Program-made: the position numbers and the translations under genes
In this document: piece after piece, positions 33,501 to 42,200 of the stretch
Layout of the letters: each line of letters starts with the position of its first letter
Position numbering within the stretch: position 1 is the first letter of the stretch
Notes under the pieces: generated by a model
What the model was told of the DNA's origin: nothing
The model's database searches: none
Seen by the model: only the letters and a program-made list of their open reading frames with translations
Virus record (IMG/VR): IMGVR_UViG_3300032288_003086
Coordinates: 32,001 to 96,000 of that record
Direction: 5' to 3' (one strand)
Source of the DNA: a virus
DNA length: 64,000 bases

Positions 33501-36231
33501 TGAAGAACGCATAGGGATTGAGGAGTTATTGGATCAAGACATCATGTATTTGAGTAAGACTGGAGCCAACTTTGATAAGGATTCCTACAAGCTTGTGTGG
33601 AATAACCAGATCAAAAAGGACGATCCTGAGTTTGGATCTAGCAAAGATCAGCCCTTGAACACTTTTGGATTTGAGCTTTACAACAAAAAGAACATTGCAT
33701 TTACCAGGGACATCGAGGACTTCATCATTCTCAATGAGTTCAAAAACTATAGCAACTTGGCCTCGGAGATCAGCTTTAAGATCACCAAGCTTACAGATGC
33801 ATTGAAGTCTATCAAGCCTGACATGGATACCTTCGACAGGTTGGTAAATACCTTTGATATAGTCAGGACTCGTCCTGAAGAATTGATGTTGAGTAAAAAG
33901 TCAATCCAGGACTTGTTTCAGATGTATCCTGTATTGCGAGAGTCTTATGAAGCATTGAAGTACATGGACAACATGTCCAGCAAAGTGCTACTTGAGCGTA
34001 CTAGTTTGATTAAAGGTATGTCTGCACTCATAGGTAATATCTATGGGTATGAAAGTTCAGAGATACGTAAGGACATCAAGGCTTTCATTGGACTTCAATT
34101 GCAGCGTGCAATGGCACAACGCGAGCCTGAGTCATTCATGAATAAGATGTTCTTGGAGCAGGTGAATCCTGAGACATTCCTCAATGGGGATGTCATTGCT
34201 GACTATAACCAACTCAAGTCCAGGTATCCTGGTAACAAGTTCATCCAGGCTTTGAGGATTGTGGATATAGGTACTACCTCTAGACCTGTAAGGGTATTGG
34301 AAGCAATATCCAGCAAGCTCTCTCCTGAGATGCGTGAGATGGTATACTCTGACTTGCTCAAGTTATTGGGTGAGGGATATGCCACAGAAGAGATGGGTGT
34401 AAATGGAGAGGTGATGCGTGTACTGGATAAGGAGCGTGCATTCAGGATTGCATACCATGGCATGGTGAAATCAGGTGCTCAAAAGGTGCGTGGCGGATTC
34501 TTTGAATTAGTGCCTGCTGTGCTTTCCAAACCCATGAGCACTGCCTTGGATAGCTTCCAAAGGGATCTGGTAAAGATGGATAACTACATCAAGAACAAGT
34601 ATGATGTATTTGAGGATGTAGATGGAAATCTACGTGCAGAACCACAAGCAGAAGAAGAATATCTAAAGATGCTTACTGCTGCCATATCCAAGAACTTTGG
34701 TCAGATGGGTATTGATGACATCATCCAGGATGCAGTTATAAAGATTGTGAGCATGAAGCTTGCAGATGGAACTATGACGCCATTCAAGCGGGTCACTTCT
34801 CTTAGAAAAATATCACAGCAACTAGATGAAACTGTGACTATGGAGGATATGGTTAAATTCTTCAACAAGATTGCTCCTGCAAATGCACCTTCAATCATAG
34901 ACAGTAAAGGTTTAAGGGTGTCTACTCTAGAGGCTCAGTACAAGGTTGCATCAGATGAGTATGAGTTATTCACTGGCGTTGACGGGGTACTTTTTCTTGA
35001 TCTTGCAGATGTAACCCAGCCTTTTGAAACGAAGATGCTCAGGGCATATGGTATAACCCCTAACTACAAGGACAAGAACTACAGGTTCCCTTTATATAGG
35101 ATCAACATATACGGTCAGCTGATGATGTTAAAACGCATCAATGGCAATCCTGTTGGTCAAAAGCTGATGGAAACCTTGTATCTTACACCATTCACCAATG
35201 TCCAGGAGTTACAACTTACAGGTGAAACTGCTGTATATGAAGTAGTTCCAGAACAAGGTGTAAGTAAGATATCTCCTTTGGCATTTACTTCTCAGGAAGC
35301 GGCGGTGATCAAGAACATTGTCAATGGTATCCAGCAGATATCAGATACCAGGATGATGGAAGTACCAAGGTCTATGACAATTGTCAGGGAGCAGAACAGG
35401 ATGTATGAGTTGAGAACCCAGAAGAATCCTTCAGGAGCCTACACTAACAAGACCATGTCTACCATCAACATGAGCATTGTAGAGACCACTGGTAAGTTCT
35501 CAAGGTTCAAAATGGTTGGTGGGGAGTTGTTTCAGTATCTGAATAATGAGCCAGCTGCAAGAGGTGTGAAGCAAGAACAGATGGATCTGTTTGCTCAAAG
35601 GGTTGGATTCAGCACCTGGGGTGAACTATCCAACAGCGAACGCTTCAAGGACTTTGTTAGTGGCAAAGAGAATTTGTTTCTTTACGAATTAAACAATGGG
35701 GATCCTACCTCTCCAACTGCTCAGCCATTGTCTTCAGCACCTACAACACCTCAAGTGACAGCACCTACCCAAGTTCCTGTAAGTGCTCAACCTGCTGTAA
35801 CAGATATTAAAGCGGAAGATATAACCTTTAAGTCAAAGAAGTTAGAAACATTTGAAAGAGCTGAAGGATTGGACGCTGTAAAAGGATATAGTCTAGTTAT
35901 AAAAAATCAACCTAGTGTTGATCTATTTGTCTATAAGGACAAAGAGGGGTGGATTATCATAGATAACACATCTAAACTTAAACTACCACTAAGAGGTACA
36001 GTTGATGGTAATAGTGCAAGAAAAGATGAAATAGTAGAGTTACTAAGTAATACTTTGAATTATTATGGAAAATTGGAAAGCAGTAGGAAGACATTAGAAA
36101 GTATTGGTTTTAACTTTACCCAAGCTCCTACCACTGAAAAAAGAGCTATGGACATTGTAAAGCTCAATCAGCAGGCACAGGATGTACTTAAACAAAAAGA
36201 AGACGAATCAAGAAATTGTAACGGAGGATAA
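24583..36231 (+). CDS. Virion-packaged multidomain RNA polymerase (crAss-like two-barrel RNAP) fused to a zincin metalloprotease domain
   Basis: 3882 aa; catalytic AGSDFDID (32377-32391, the crAss-type DFDID variant) preceded by RIPTEG; DGQSY; zincin YHEGFHG (27607-27621) with downstream EEYLAD. Confidence 0.9.
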   Translation: MSCFVPYDSLQNTLLAAYRSDFNKFKELSAVIGSVMGTSLSPEAKIHAVWFYAGFVDTAAQNIPELQTQQWSDGAYRKLHNYLKPFLNGEQAFDYDMLLGKINELLAPVTPEVTPAPAAPVEVIESDDRSLSERINDAIAETSQITESDLSSHVNDIIKMITDNAVELNEVVLDPQTTAVGNMLKYLKEVLSKREDSSTKVSVLENVNYAIDNMLQSATQGSKYFDLAAVEGISMHNGYPIKIVTKPNGENIQVVYSPEKGIDVYWSPGTQEHLEPYIQDKSDHATKVFPQKDNLYVTNPNTGALRIQPDQLFTGVSIPYENDKIQGERAEAISQNAPIGAPFQSSVTVRAHTNTVELNASRVERLAQEYPDVNRTLETMERPNQREMLRNGNGPIITLYRPVSGFTIRINDQLGNNGFDLDTLANLAIVYPDNSVVPFDINNTEHVNILRANVETKTGPETYGSMTDNQFEQLKESLIRYKAFEKEVMERMEQENSSDVDIKDIFNRYYNLSNNIQTSELISDAKPKTSLREFIEENDGSLPVMLQSTDQENAQPYSGRIYIVLRKQKGVWTIESTLPKNTVIVGRDGTKYRSIENYLKSEGVDYTQEITSNFGNNQAVYLSFQYVGNRLNPRIIPLMYDKRVRNSKDAVDFASSLVYSFMQASIKEGNTATADLNNILWGFDVMDDTRAQFTVLKEVGGKKTYGIRFFGLPELQNNDPERAEMLDKKGKNYDIEFSSDMMNSLFTALDQMIKEAGVKIPENASVKQLNMSAMEAMNILGSEHALVKKISDLVQDLSADIKRKYAQTMTKHDSDVHDGDLAMPIFTSKFKDFSMFDGNIMKVKRRTEKTDILDAYDRLETNDQKKLTVTANESSTRVLSSIPNRLLEEPMKEAPYSAPIQVPKPARKVLVDPTSVENPLNQPVNLNEIDEQNNENPFSLVEDIESFLTLSNEDFSSEIQAMKDLMPDAFTFVSTGLNGMNVDGHVLGYMQDMFIYLNETLRAKGVAYHEGFHGIFRKVLSKSQQDFYLNKVEEALGGYKTDDKGKYISVRGKKIYANDFRQRRKYGHLNDDQIRFLIYEEYLADSFADFMGTNKVPRTWMQKLFAYLKKLLNLFKKGGRIDNLFYDISLGKFRNAPIIDNQGPNMEKVYSLDFRGIPMAYVETTGKVITNNQIIGSEISLEVKDFILQGMAALSIKNPDMSASQLFDLARMEVLKMKDINTLISQSPEQEAEILAKYGEEFATARWLLGAMLEGETFTYRNLTNAQEYDNQATTSKKQNDIVIANLKRLKSTVIEEYNKLEDLEDVADDENFEEDFNKQDEEVEIKDSFYEGAGFVGIKPNEGNAAFRRMIRLITYEEIDPVLGIKVRRMVNSALIFSTITKIASTESKGNAIQAISDKIQELDSQIKYFRENVQSKLPNPNVIPISYDKAIKLRDSLKAVYDTIDNIVGLNEDFEATRNEHVLKQFSTVFSKTNIKLIQAEVTTEIEFDQNKKPVPVPTPESAVSDIVTLYDINKIRSSLRDSILSIDMTKDQAKPHLQKLRELAKLLNITKQSAIDNMLDTFFTDSGVINDHAFRNFIDDVYITLSAFNLDIPYSLLYNAIGHTVYMAMGKNLAMFPQNSDFRRSLSLNKDFFQDFSKVKHDFWYHNLVNAIEASVEASNESKMRMNNEALTTALKRFTTPYVAAYGEYIIKHDPTIAGSSTKNANGDTIYKYVDPNKEMIILQKLKSFDNIEEGLAAVLNDGFEHFYENNPMLDTNDPEVRAFLQNMRMEVFAGFQQRFNMPDGGVKMGDPRTFKDIDDAAFLMSMLSLFVSQERIYVPETKSYITSFKRILTVYEATGTSMVTNGVLRRYFDNASGNVLSENGRPKYLWDLVNVLKQEYELIRTNYEQERTNDANTKKYLNYNINSAIDEKTGFPKDRGFRFNVLADFADANPDLAKELIMAAKEGLSFDAIMASKSEKVLVDDMLNNLHKYAQNQYVTFRDKFQSLGLDETHIPLYVTDVFDEEAQVFQNANPTTVLREFFFNNWINSLSLNQIFDGPVAVGVKNFANFFKRQKAGAAAGPSLFNPHVNKYGVSKTYRAAVIKEIVMYLDDSDLTKPASFTPYYEKGDKRNVEVKMIDGQSYNTIARMVNVADSRGRLDNESYRMLKRMMYETEDTSQYAKNVRKLNKRGIVFNSLKTVTAGRIEYVKQSEHTIMRKDVSTLKEGVDYNTAMQELDVLYDRIMDYSYMLQAGRDEMVFDPSNNRERLVSELYKEAVTQAHSYFEPIPQHAFMHHMLNSMELHRIDQMFDPNASKKMTINPVEVDLQPSTTGMTYYNLDQAVMDLPNEFTFIQVSTEKDANMVTQGIQQKLLLAAQIAAENPEYASIKDDINTYNTGLAQMVKTQLKVLQRMFNTKDTEVIGKIYQVISAGLKQQGADSTILQYFELNPNGSPKYNPNLMVVQSTIANYFFSIFNNNLFDKKIAGRKYYHVSSMGYNVIEMDGKVITTSEYKRNKSKYDKAIAAGEAKVRPLSYTKTKLADGTYKYEVEVIIPKELQSLDQEFLEKYMSEFFATRIPTEGQRSMIVAKVVDYMDEAYGSGIIVPPQAHMLAGSDFDIDALYAHVKSSYRTPDGKKVLYGDYSHYIEKYDMSEKDAKFMEYLVYLSKDPVMQPLLQSELRRINYEAGYKQEQARNFGSLFGGKLEEFFSKNASTMEKGEVESDSEQESIDTFKRVIAVFNVLEDLKKSNLPSDPDSLEKETKKNGSPVIPLIQNKILQAKMNILSNEAVYKKFMEESSNRADVAADPYKAAVSERGLSETEIYNKQNIYTPTAMVVARGLNSESKDSLGIAASFNKGVSMLATVQAELKGKVGTVYEPNAKGNPEQSIVTDKVVDESVKIVGGYIGVAADAANNPYPGPLHLNSHTVPVMLAMFTVGMPQRMAIMFQSLPIIQKIVAEYTMEYGSAYKKNPYSKDMRFDTFLRDMINELEERIGIEELLDQDIMYLSKTGANFDKDSYKLVWNNQIKKDDPEFGSSKDQPLNTFGFELYNKKNIAFTRDIEDFIILNEFKNYSNLASEISFKITKLTDALKSIKPDMDTFDRLVNTFDIVRTRPEELMLSKKSIQDLFQMYPVLRESYEALKYMDNMSSKVLLERTSLIKGMSALIGNIYGYESSEIRKDIKAFIGLQLQRAMAQREPESFMNKMFLEQVNPETFLNGDVIADYNQLKSRYPGNKFIQALRIVDIGTTSRPVRVLEAISSKLSPEMREMVYSDLLKLLGEGYATEEMGVNGEVMRVLDKERAFRIAYHGMVKSGAQKVRGGFFELVPAVLSKPMSTALDSFQRDLVKMDNYIKNKYDVFEDVDGNLRAEPQAEEEYLKMLTAAISKNFGQMGIDDIIQDAVIKIVSMKLADGTMTPFKRVTSLRKISQQLDETVTMEDMVKFFNKIAPANAPSIIDSKGLRVSTLEAQYKVASDEYELFTGVDGVLFLDLADVTQPFETKMLRAYGITPNYKDKNYRFPLYRINIYGQLMMLKRINGNPVGQKLMETLYLTPFTNVQELQLTGETAVYEVVPEQGVSKISPLAFTSQEAAVIKNIVNGIQQISDTRMMEVPRSMTIVREQNRMYELRTQKNPSGAYTNKTMSTINMSIVETTGKFSRFKMVGGELFQYLNNEPAARGVKQEQMDLFAQRVGFSTWGELSNSERFKDFVSGKENLFLYELNNGDPTSPTAQPLSSAPTTPQVTAPTQVPVSAQPAVTDIKAEDITFKSKKLETFERAEGLDAVKGYSLVIKNQPSVDLFVYKDKEGWIIIDNTSKLKLPLRGTVDGNSARKDEIVELLSNTLNYYGKLESSRKTLESIGFNFTQAPTTEKRAMDIVKLNQQAQDVLKQKEDESRNCNGG

Positions 36232-36233
36232 TA

Positions 36234-39200
36234 ATGTCAAATTGTGCTATACTAAGAGATCCCGATTCTGGGAAAGTTGTTAATGTGTATGCTCCTAATG
36301 GTGAGCCCTCCATCCTATACCAGGATGCGCTTGTTGCATTTGGTCAAAATGCTGACAAAGCCATACTTGCCTGGGCTGCGGCATATACTCCTGAGTTCAT
36401 GGGGTATTATGGAGACTGGATAAATGAACCTTCAAAGGTGTCTTTGGATGCCAATGGAGAACCTATATCCAGCATGGTATTCCTCAGTGTATATGATGTA
36501 CTGAGGGATCCTAGATATAAGAGCATCGCCCGCAAAACAGGATACATTCCTTTCAGGGAAGCTGTCAGGATAAAGAACAGTCTTGAAAAAGCCATACCTG
36601 GATCCAGATACAAACTTGAAGAAAGCCGTGCTGAACCTGGCTATGCCAAAGTAACTGCATTGTCCAGCATCTTTTCATATGCTCCTAACTATACCAAGGA
36701 AGAGATACAAAGACAGAAGGAAAAGATCACTCCTATAATGGAGTATATGATCCGCAAGTTCCCTGGGGTTTCATATCAATGGATATCTCCAAATCAACTT
36801 AAACAGACTGAGCACTATACTGACATACGAAGGATCAACTCCTTTGTAAAAGACAATGTGATATATCTGGTTGAGGGAAGGGTTACTCCCCAGATTGCAC
36901 TGGAAGAGATAAGCCACGTGTTTGTGGAGTTCCTCAGACAAGATCGCCCTGCTCTGTTCAAAGGTCTTTTTGAATCCCTTAAGAATGATCCTAAGTATGC
37001 AGCTGAGTATGTTGCCATATTTGAAGGACTGAGAGCTGAGAATAAATTATTCATGAATGATCTAAAGGTCGTTGCTCAAAGTGAATTCATTGCCAGGAAT
37101 CTTGCCACTGCGTTGAAGGCTGAGTTGGAAATGAATCCAGAAGGAAGACCTTTATCTCCTTTGGGTAAGCTCTTCAAAAGGTTTTTTGATTGGTTGGCCA
37201 ATGCCCTTGGTATGCCTAGGATAGACCCCAAGATGACTTTGCAGGACATAGCTGCACATCTTAATAGCAAGTACACAGAAATGGAGCTTCCTACTGAGCC
37301 ATATCTGTATTACAATGCTGATCCCAATGCCAACTTCGATCCTGAAGACAGGGATGCTGCAGAAGAACTGAATCCCATAGGTGAGACACAAAGAAAAAAG
37401 AAGACTGCTCAAGAGCTCAATCTACAAAGAGCTAAGGAGAATGTAGAGAAGTTGAATAAGATGAAGGCTTTTGTTTTGCGAACTAAGCCCAACAACAAGC
37501 AGCGTGAGAATCAAATTGCTGTCATAGATATATTGATTGACAATGCCAACTACCAAGTCACTGAACTTGAAGCTGGGCGTGCTACAGTCAGTATCACCAA
37601 GTACAAGGGGTCAGAGGACACTGAATCCTTGGATAACAAAACAGCAGAGATGGGTGCCAACTTTGGTACATTCTTCCATACGCTGATTGAAGACTTACAG
37701 GATAGCTACATGGAGAATGGTATTAATCCTACCAAGCTCTATACTCAAGAATGGTTTGATGCATTCTATGAGAAACATAAGAAGATGATCCAGTTCAAGG
37801 ATGTTGACAAACAACTGCTGTTTGATGCAGGGTTAGAGATATCACAAGCTTTGTCTTCTGAGTTCTTACGTGGTAAGATCCTATTGCCAGAGATATCAGT
37901 GGCTGTTGAAGATGCCCAAGGTACTTTGATACTGGGTAGGTTGGATCTTATGGCACTGGATGAATTAGGTAGGGTTTCTGTAATGGACTTGAAAACATCA
38001 AAGTCAGCACACTCTTTGGTCAACTTGAATGGTGGTCCAATGTTCCCAATGATAGACCTCAGTGTAAGTTACACTAATAAGAATGGATGGAAAGACGGGG
38101 TTTCAGAGTTCTTTGCAGATATCCTCAATAGAACAAAGATGAACACCTACCACATGCAGCTTGCACTGTATGGAGAGATGTTGAAAAAGCTGGGTATAGT
38201 AGTGTCTTCAAGAAATGTCCTTGCATTAGCTTATAGGGTTCAAGGGAAAGAAGCTGATCAACAGACTGTAGTCCAGACAGCATTTCATGTATTTGATGAT
38301 AGCAGTTTCTACACTTTTGCTTTCAATGGTCAAAAAGCATCAGATGAAGGACGAATCATAGACACTGCTGCTAGACTGGCATTCAATGGACGTGAAGAAG
38401 AGATAGATGAAGATGCGGCTGCTGAGACAGACCCAGGTCCTTTTGCAAGGATGAGTAAGGATGTCCAGGAAGACTTGATCAACAGACTCATCAAACTCGC
38501 AACTGATCAGCTGGCAACTATTGAGAAAGAGCGTTCTGAAATTGAAAAGAATGACTTGATTGACAAGGACGAGAAGAACAACCTGATAAAGATCCTTACC
38601 AAGAGGAAGGCTGGTCTTGTGGACATGTCAGAAAAACTGAAGCTTGCAATCTCCAATCCTGCATCCAGCGAAAGCCTTGCAGCTTCAAGGGCTGTGATAA
38701 TAAAAGCGGCGTTGGATGTATTCTCCAATGAGATATCCACCATCTCTAGAAAGATAAATGAAGACATTGACATACCTGCCACATATAAACTAGGCAGTGA
38801 TGAGAACAGGACTGCTATTGCAACATTGCAGTCATATCTCACATCCATGGATAACATGGCTGATTACCTGCAAGGATTCAAGAATACGATACTTGCAACC
38901 ACCCTTGATCCAGATTCACAAAAGGATGAGGCACTGAAGAAGGATCTGATCCGATACTTCGACGACAAGCTTTTCACAATAGACGCCCAAAACCAGAAGA
39001 TGGTCAACATAGGTAAGAGTATTACCAAAGCCATTATCATGGAGACTATTGGGACTAAGAACTTTGAGAAGGTGTTTGGGGAAGTCAAGAAGGTGCTGGC
39101 ACCAAGACTTGCTTGGTTGGACAGGACTATTGAGAAGATAAAGAAAGGAGAAGCTCCTGCTGATACCATGGGTCTGAAGGCAAGGCGTGTGCTTGCCAGC

Positions 39201-42200
39201 ATATTCAAGCAGGTTCAAAACCCTAAGGAAAGGCTACAACTCTTAGAAGAAGAGAGAAACAAGATTGCCAGGATGATGGATATCAATCAGCTTACTGATG
39301 CAACTTTGGATACCTATTTGGATGGCATCTTGAATGATGACAACTCAAGTTTCTCCATGGGTCAGACCATGGGAAATGTCTTGGGTATAAGCATGAGTGA
39401 TATCATAGGTTCCAACGCGGACTCTGAAATGATTGTCAGTGCCATGTTCCAATACATGAGGAACATGACTGAAGATGCCAGGATTGAAGCATTAAGATGG
39501 GCTGATAGCTTGGGTATAGATGAGCTTAAAAGAGCTGCCATAGAATCCTTGGGAGGATTGCAACAGGCCAACAAGATATTGACTCAGGAAGTAGAAGTAG
39601 TGACTGAGTTTGATGAGAATGGTGAACCTGAGTTGAAGGAAACATATAGACAATATGTGGATCCTGTGCTTGAAGACTTTTATAAGACACACGACAAATA
39701 CAGGTCAAACCTGCGTAAGTATTCCAAACTGATACGTGAGAAGAGTGTTGAGAAAAGAAACGAGGTAGATCCTGTAAAGGCTGCTATCCTGGATCAACAG
39801 CTTAAAGAACTCATCAAGGAGGAAGAGGCTTTGAGTTTGGAGTGGACACAGTGGAGGATTGACAACACTGAGACCAGAATCAAACCAGAAGTACTCATGC
39901 TAATGCATGGTAGTGGCTTTACCAACAGTCAGATCACTGAGAACTATAGTCAAATCAATGCAATCATAAATGCTGCGGGTGGTGAAGAGAATCTCTCTGA
40001 AGACCAACAAGAGCAGATTGATTATCTGGAAGCTGAGATATCAAGGATCAGGACTGAGACTATCAAAGACAATCCTGAAGCACAAGAAAGGATTGATGCT
40101 TTATTGGAGTACTTTGAGTTTGATTATAACTATACCCTGTGGGCAAAGAAGCGTGTTGCTATTGAAGCCAGCGGCGACAAGAAGGCTTTGGAAAGGTGGG
40201 ATTACAATAACACCAATGAAGTTCCTACTGAAGATTGGAATCAAGCCAGGGAAAAGTTGTATGAGGACATGATGGACATCCTTGGTAAGGATGAGGTGTT
40301 AGGTAATCTGTATCGTGAGAGATCCCTTATCAAAGCCAAGGCAAAGATCAGAGGCAAGTTTAATTTCAACTACCTTAACCAGGAAGACATTGATAGGTAT
40401 CATGCTTTGGACGAGCAGATATCCAATAGGTTGGCATACTTGAGGGAAACATCTCCTTTGACAGAGGGTGAGGCGGCGGACTTGACAATAGTCACACAAA
40501 GGCTTGCCAATATAGAAATCAAAGTCCTTGATCCAAGATACATACGTCAAAGGGATCAATTGAAAGATACTGTACGCAAAGCATACGCTGCATTGAATGA
40601 AGCCAAGAAGAAATTCACTGAGGCACCAGAGTCCATTGGCTTACGTGATCAGCTTGATGCTGCCCAGAGTCACTATGAAAAGACAGAAAGGGAGTTTGCA
40701 GATTTCTTCAATAAGAATAACCAGAGCAAGTATACCTTGGGAGAGAACATCATTGCTGAAAGAAAAGCATTGAAGGAACTTCCCAACTCTTATCTGTTTG
40801 TCAAGCAGCCTAAGAATCCTGCTGACATGGAGAGATTCCCTAACAAGAAGTATCGCATCAAGCGTCTGAAGTCTGAGTCATACAATCCCAAGTATCAGAA
40901 CTCCTTTGTGGAGGACAGGATGGGTGGGGGCATGTATCCTATGCCAAAAGGCATCAGGTTCAATGAAACCATCAATGAGTTTGAGATATCACCTAGTGCC
41001 AAGTTCGTGAATCCAAACTTCATGACTGTGCAGAATAATCCTATAGCAAAGGATTTCTACAAGAAGTGGATTATAGAGCAGTATCTGATTAAGCAGAAGA
41101 ATGCCAGTGGTAAAAGACTAGGCTTTAATCTTCCTTATGTCCAACAGCTCGCACTAGAGAATGTCATGGCAAAAGGGATGGATGGTATGGCTAGGGAGTA
41201 TCAGGAGAAACTCCAGGAGATTTCATATCAGAACAGTGAGCTAGAGAAAGCAACCAATGAATCAGGTATAGCAGGACAACAGCGGGTGTTGTTCAAAGAG
41301 AACCACCTTGTTCCTGCAGCACTTACCACCACTGATGGCATAGGTGCCATTGTGAATTGGAATGCGGGGTACTACACCAATAGAAAGATGGCTATGATAT
41401 CCAATGAGATGTCGGCAGTCTTGACATTCTTGAAAGACATTCAGCGTCAGATACAGGATCAAAGCGCAGGTCTACAGGATGCCAATAAGGAATCCCATGC
41501 TCAAAGGCTTGAGGCTATAAACTCAATCATCACCCAGATTGAATACAACAAAGACAAGTTCATATTTGGAAAGCTGTTTGAAAAGGGAGATTCTGAGAAC
41601 AGTGTGTTCAATAGAAAAACCATGCGTCTGTTCATGGGTGTGGCCAGCTTTGCTCGTATGGCATTTGATGTGCCTATGCAGTTTGGTAACATGTTATCTG
41701 GAAACGTTCAGGCATTCCTTTCAACTTCCAACCATAGACATGCCAGTACTCAGAACTATCTGAACGCTAAAAAGATGATATACACCAGATGGTTCCCTAA
41801 GATGATTGCAGACTGGGGTACTGTATCTGATGCAAGTTTTGAGACCAAGTTGTTTAGATATATGAATCCATTGTCCAAAGATCTGGACAGGTTGTTTGAT
41901 GCCAATACAGTGAGTAAGATGAGAAGGCTTGGTAACAGGATTTTCAACATCACTGACTTGTCCATGGCTTTACAGGATAAAGGTGAGATTGAAATAGGAC
42001 TTACCACTATGTTGATGATCATGGATGGTCGCCGCTATGAGGTATTTGATACAGATAGCCAGGGTAATTTACTGATGGATGATCAAGGCAACAGGGTTGT
42101 CAAAAAGAATCCTGATGGAAGTATCGTATATGTGAATGCCATAGATGCGTTTGGTATAGATGAAAACAACAGCATAGCACCCAAGAAGAATGTGAACATC

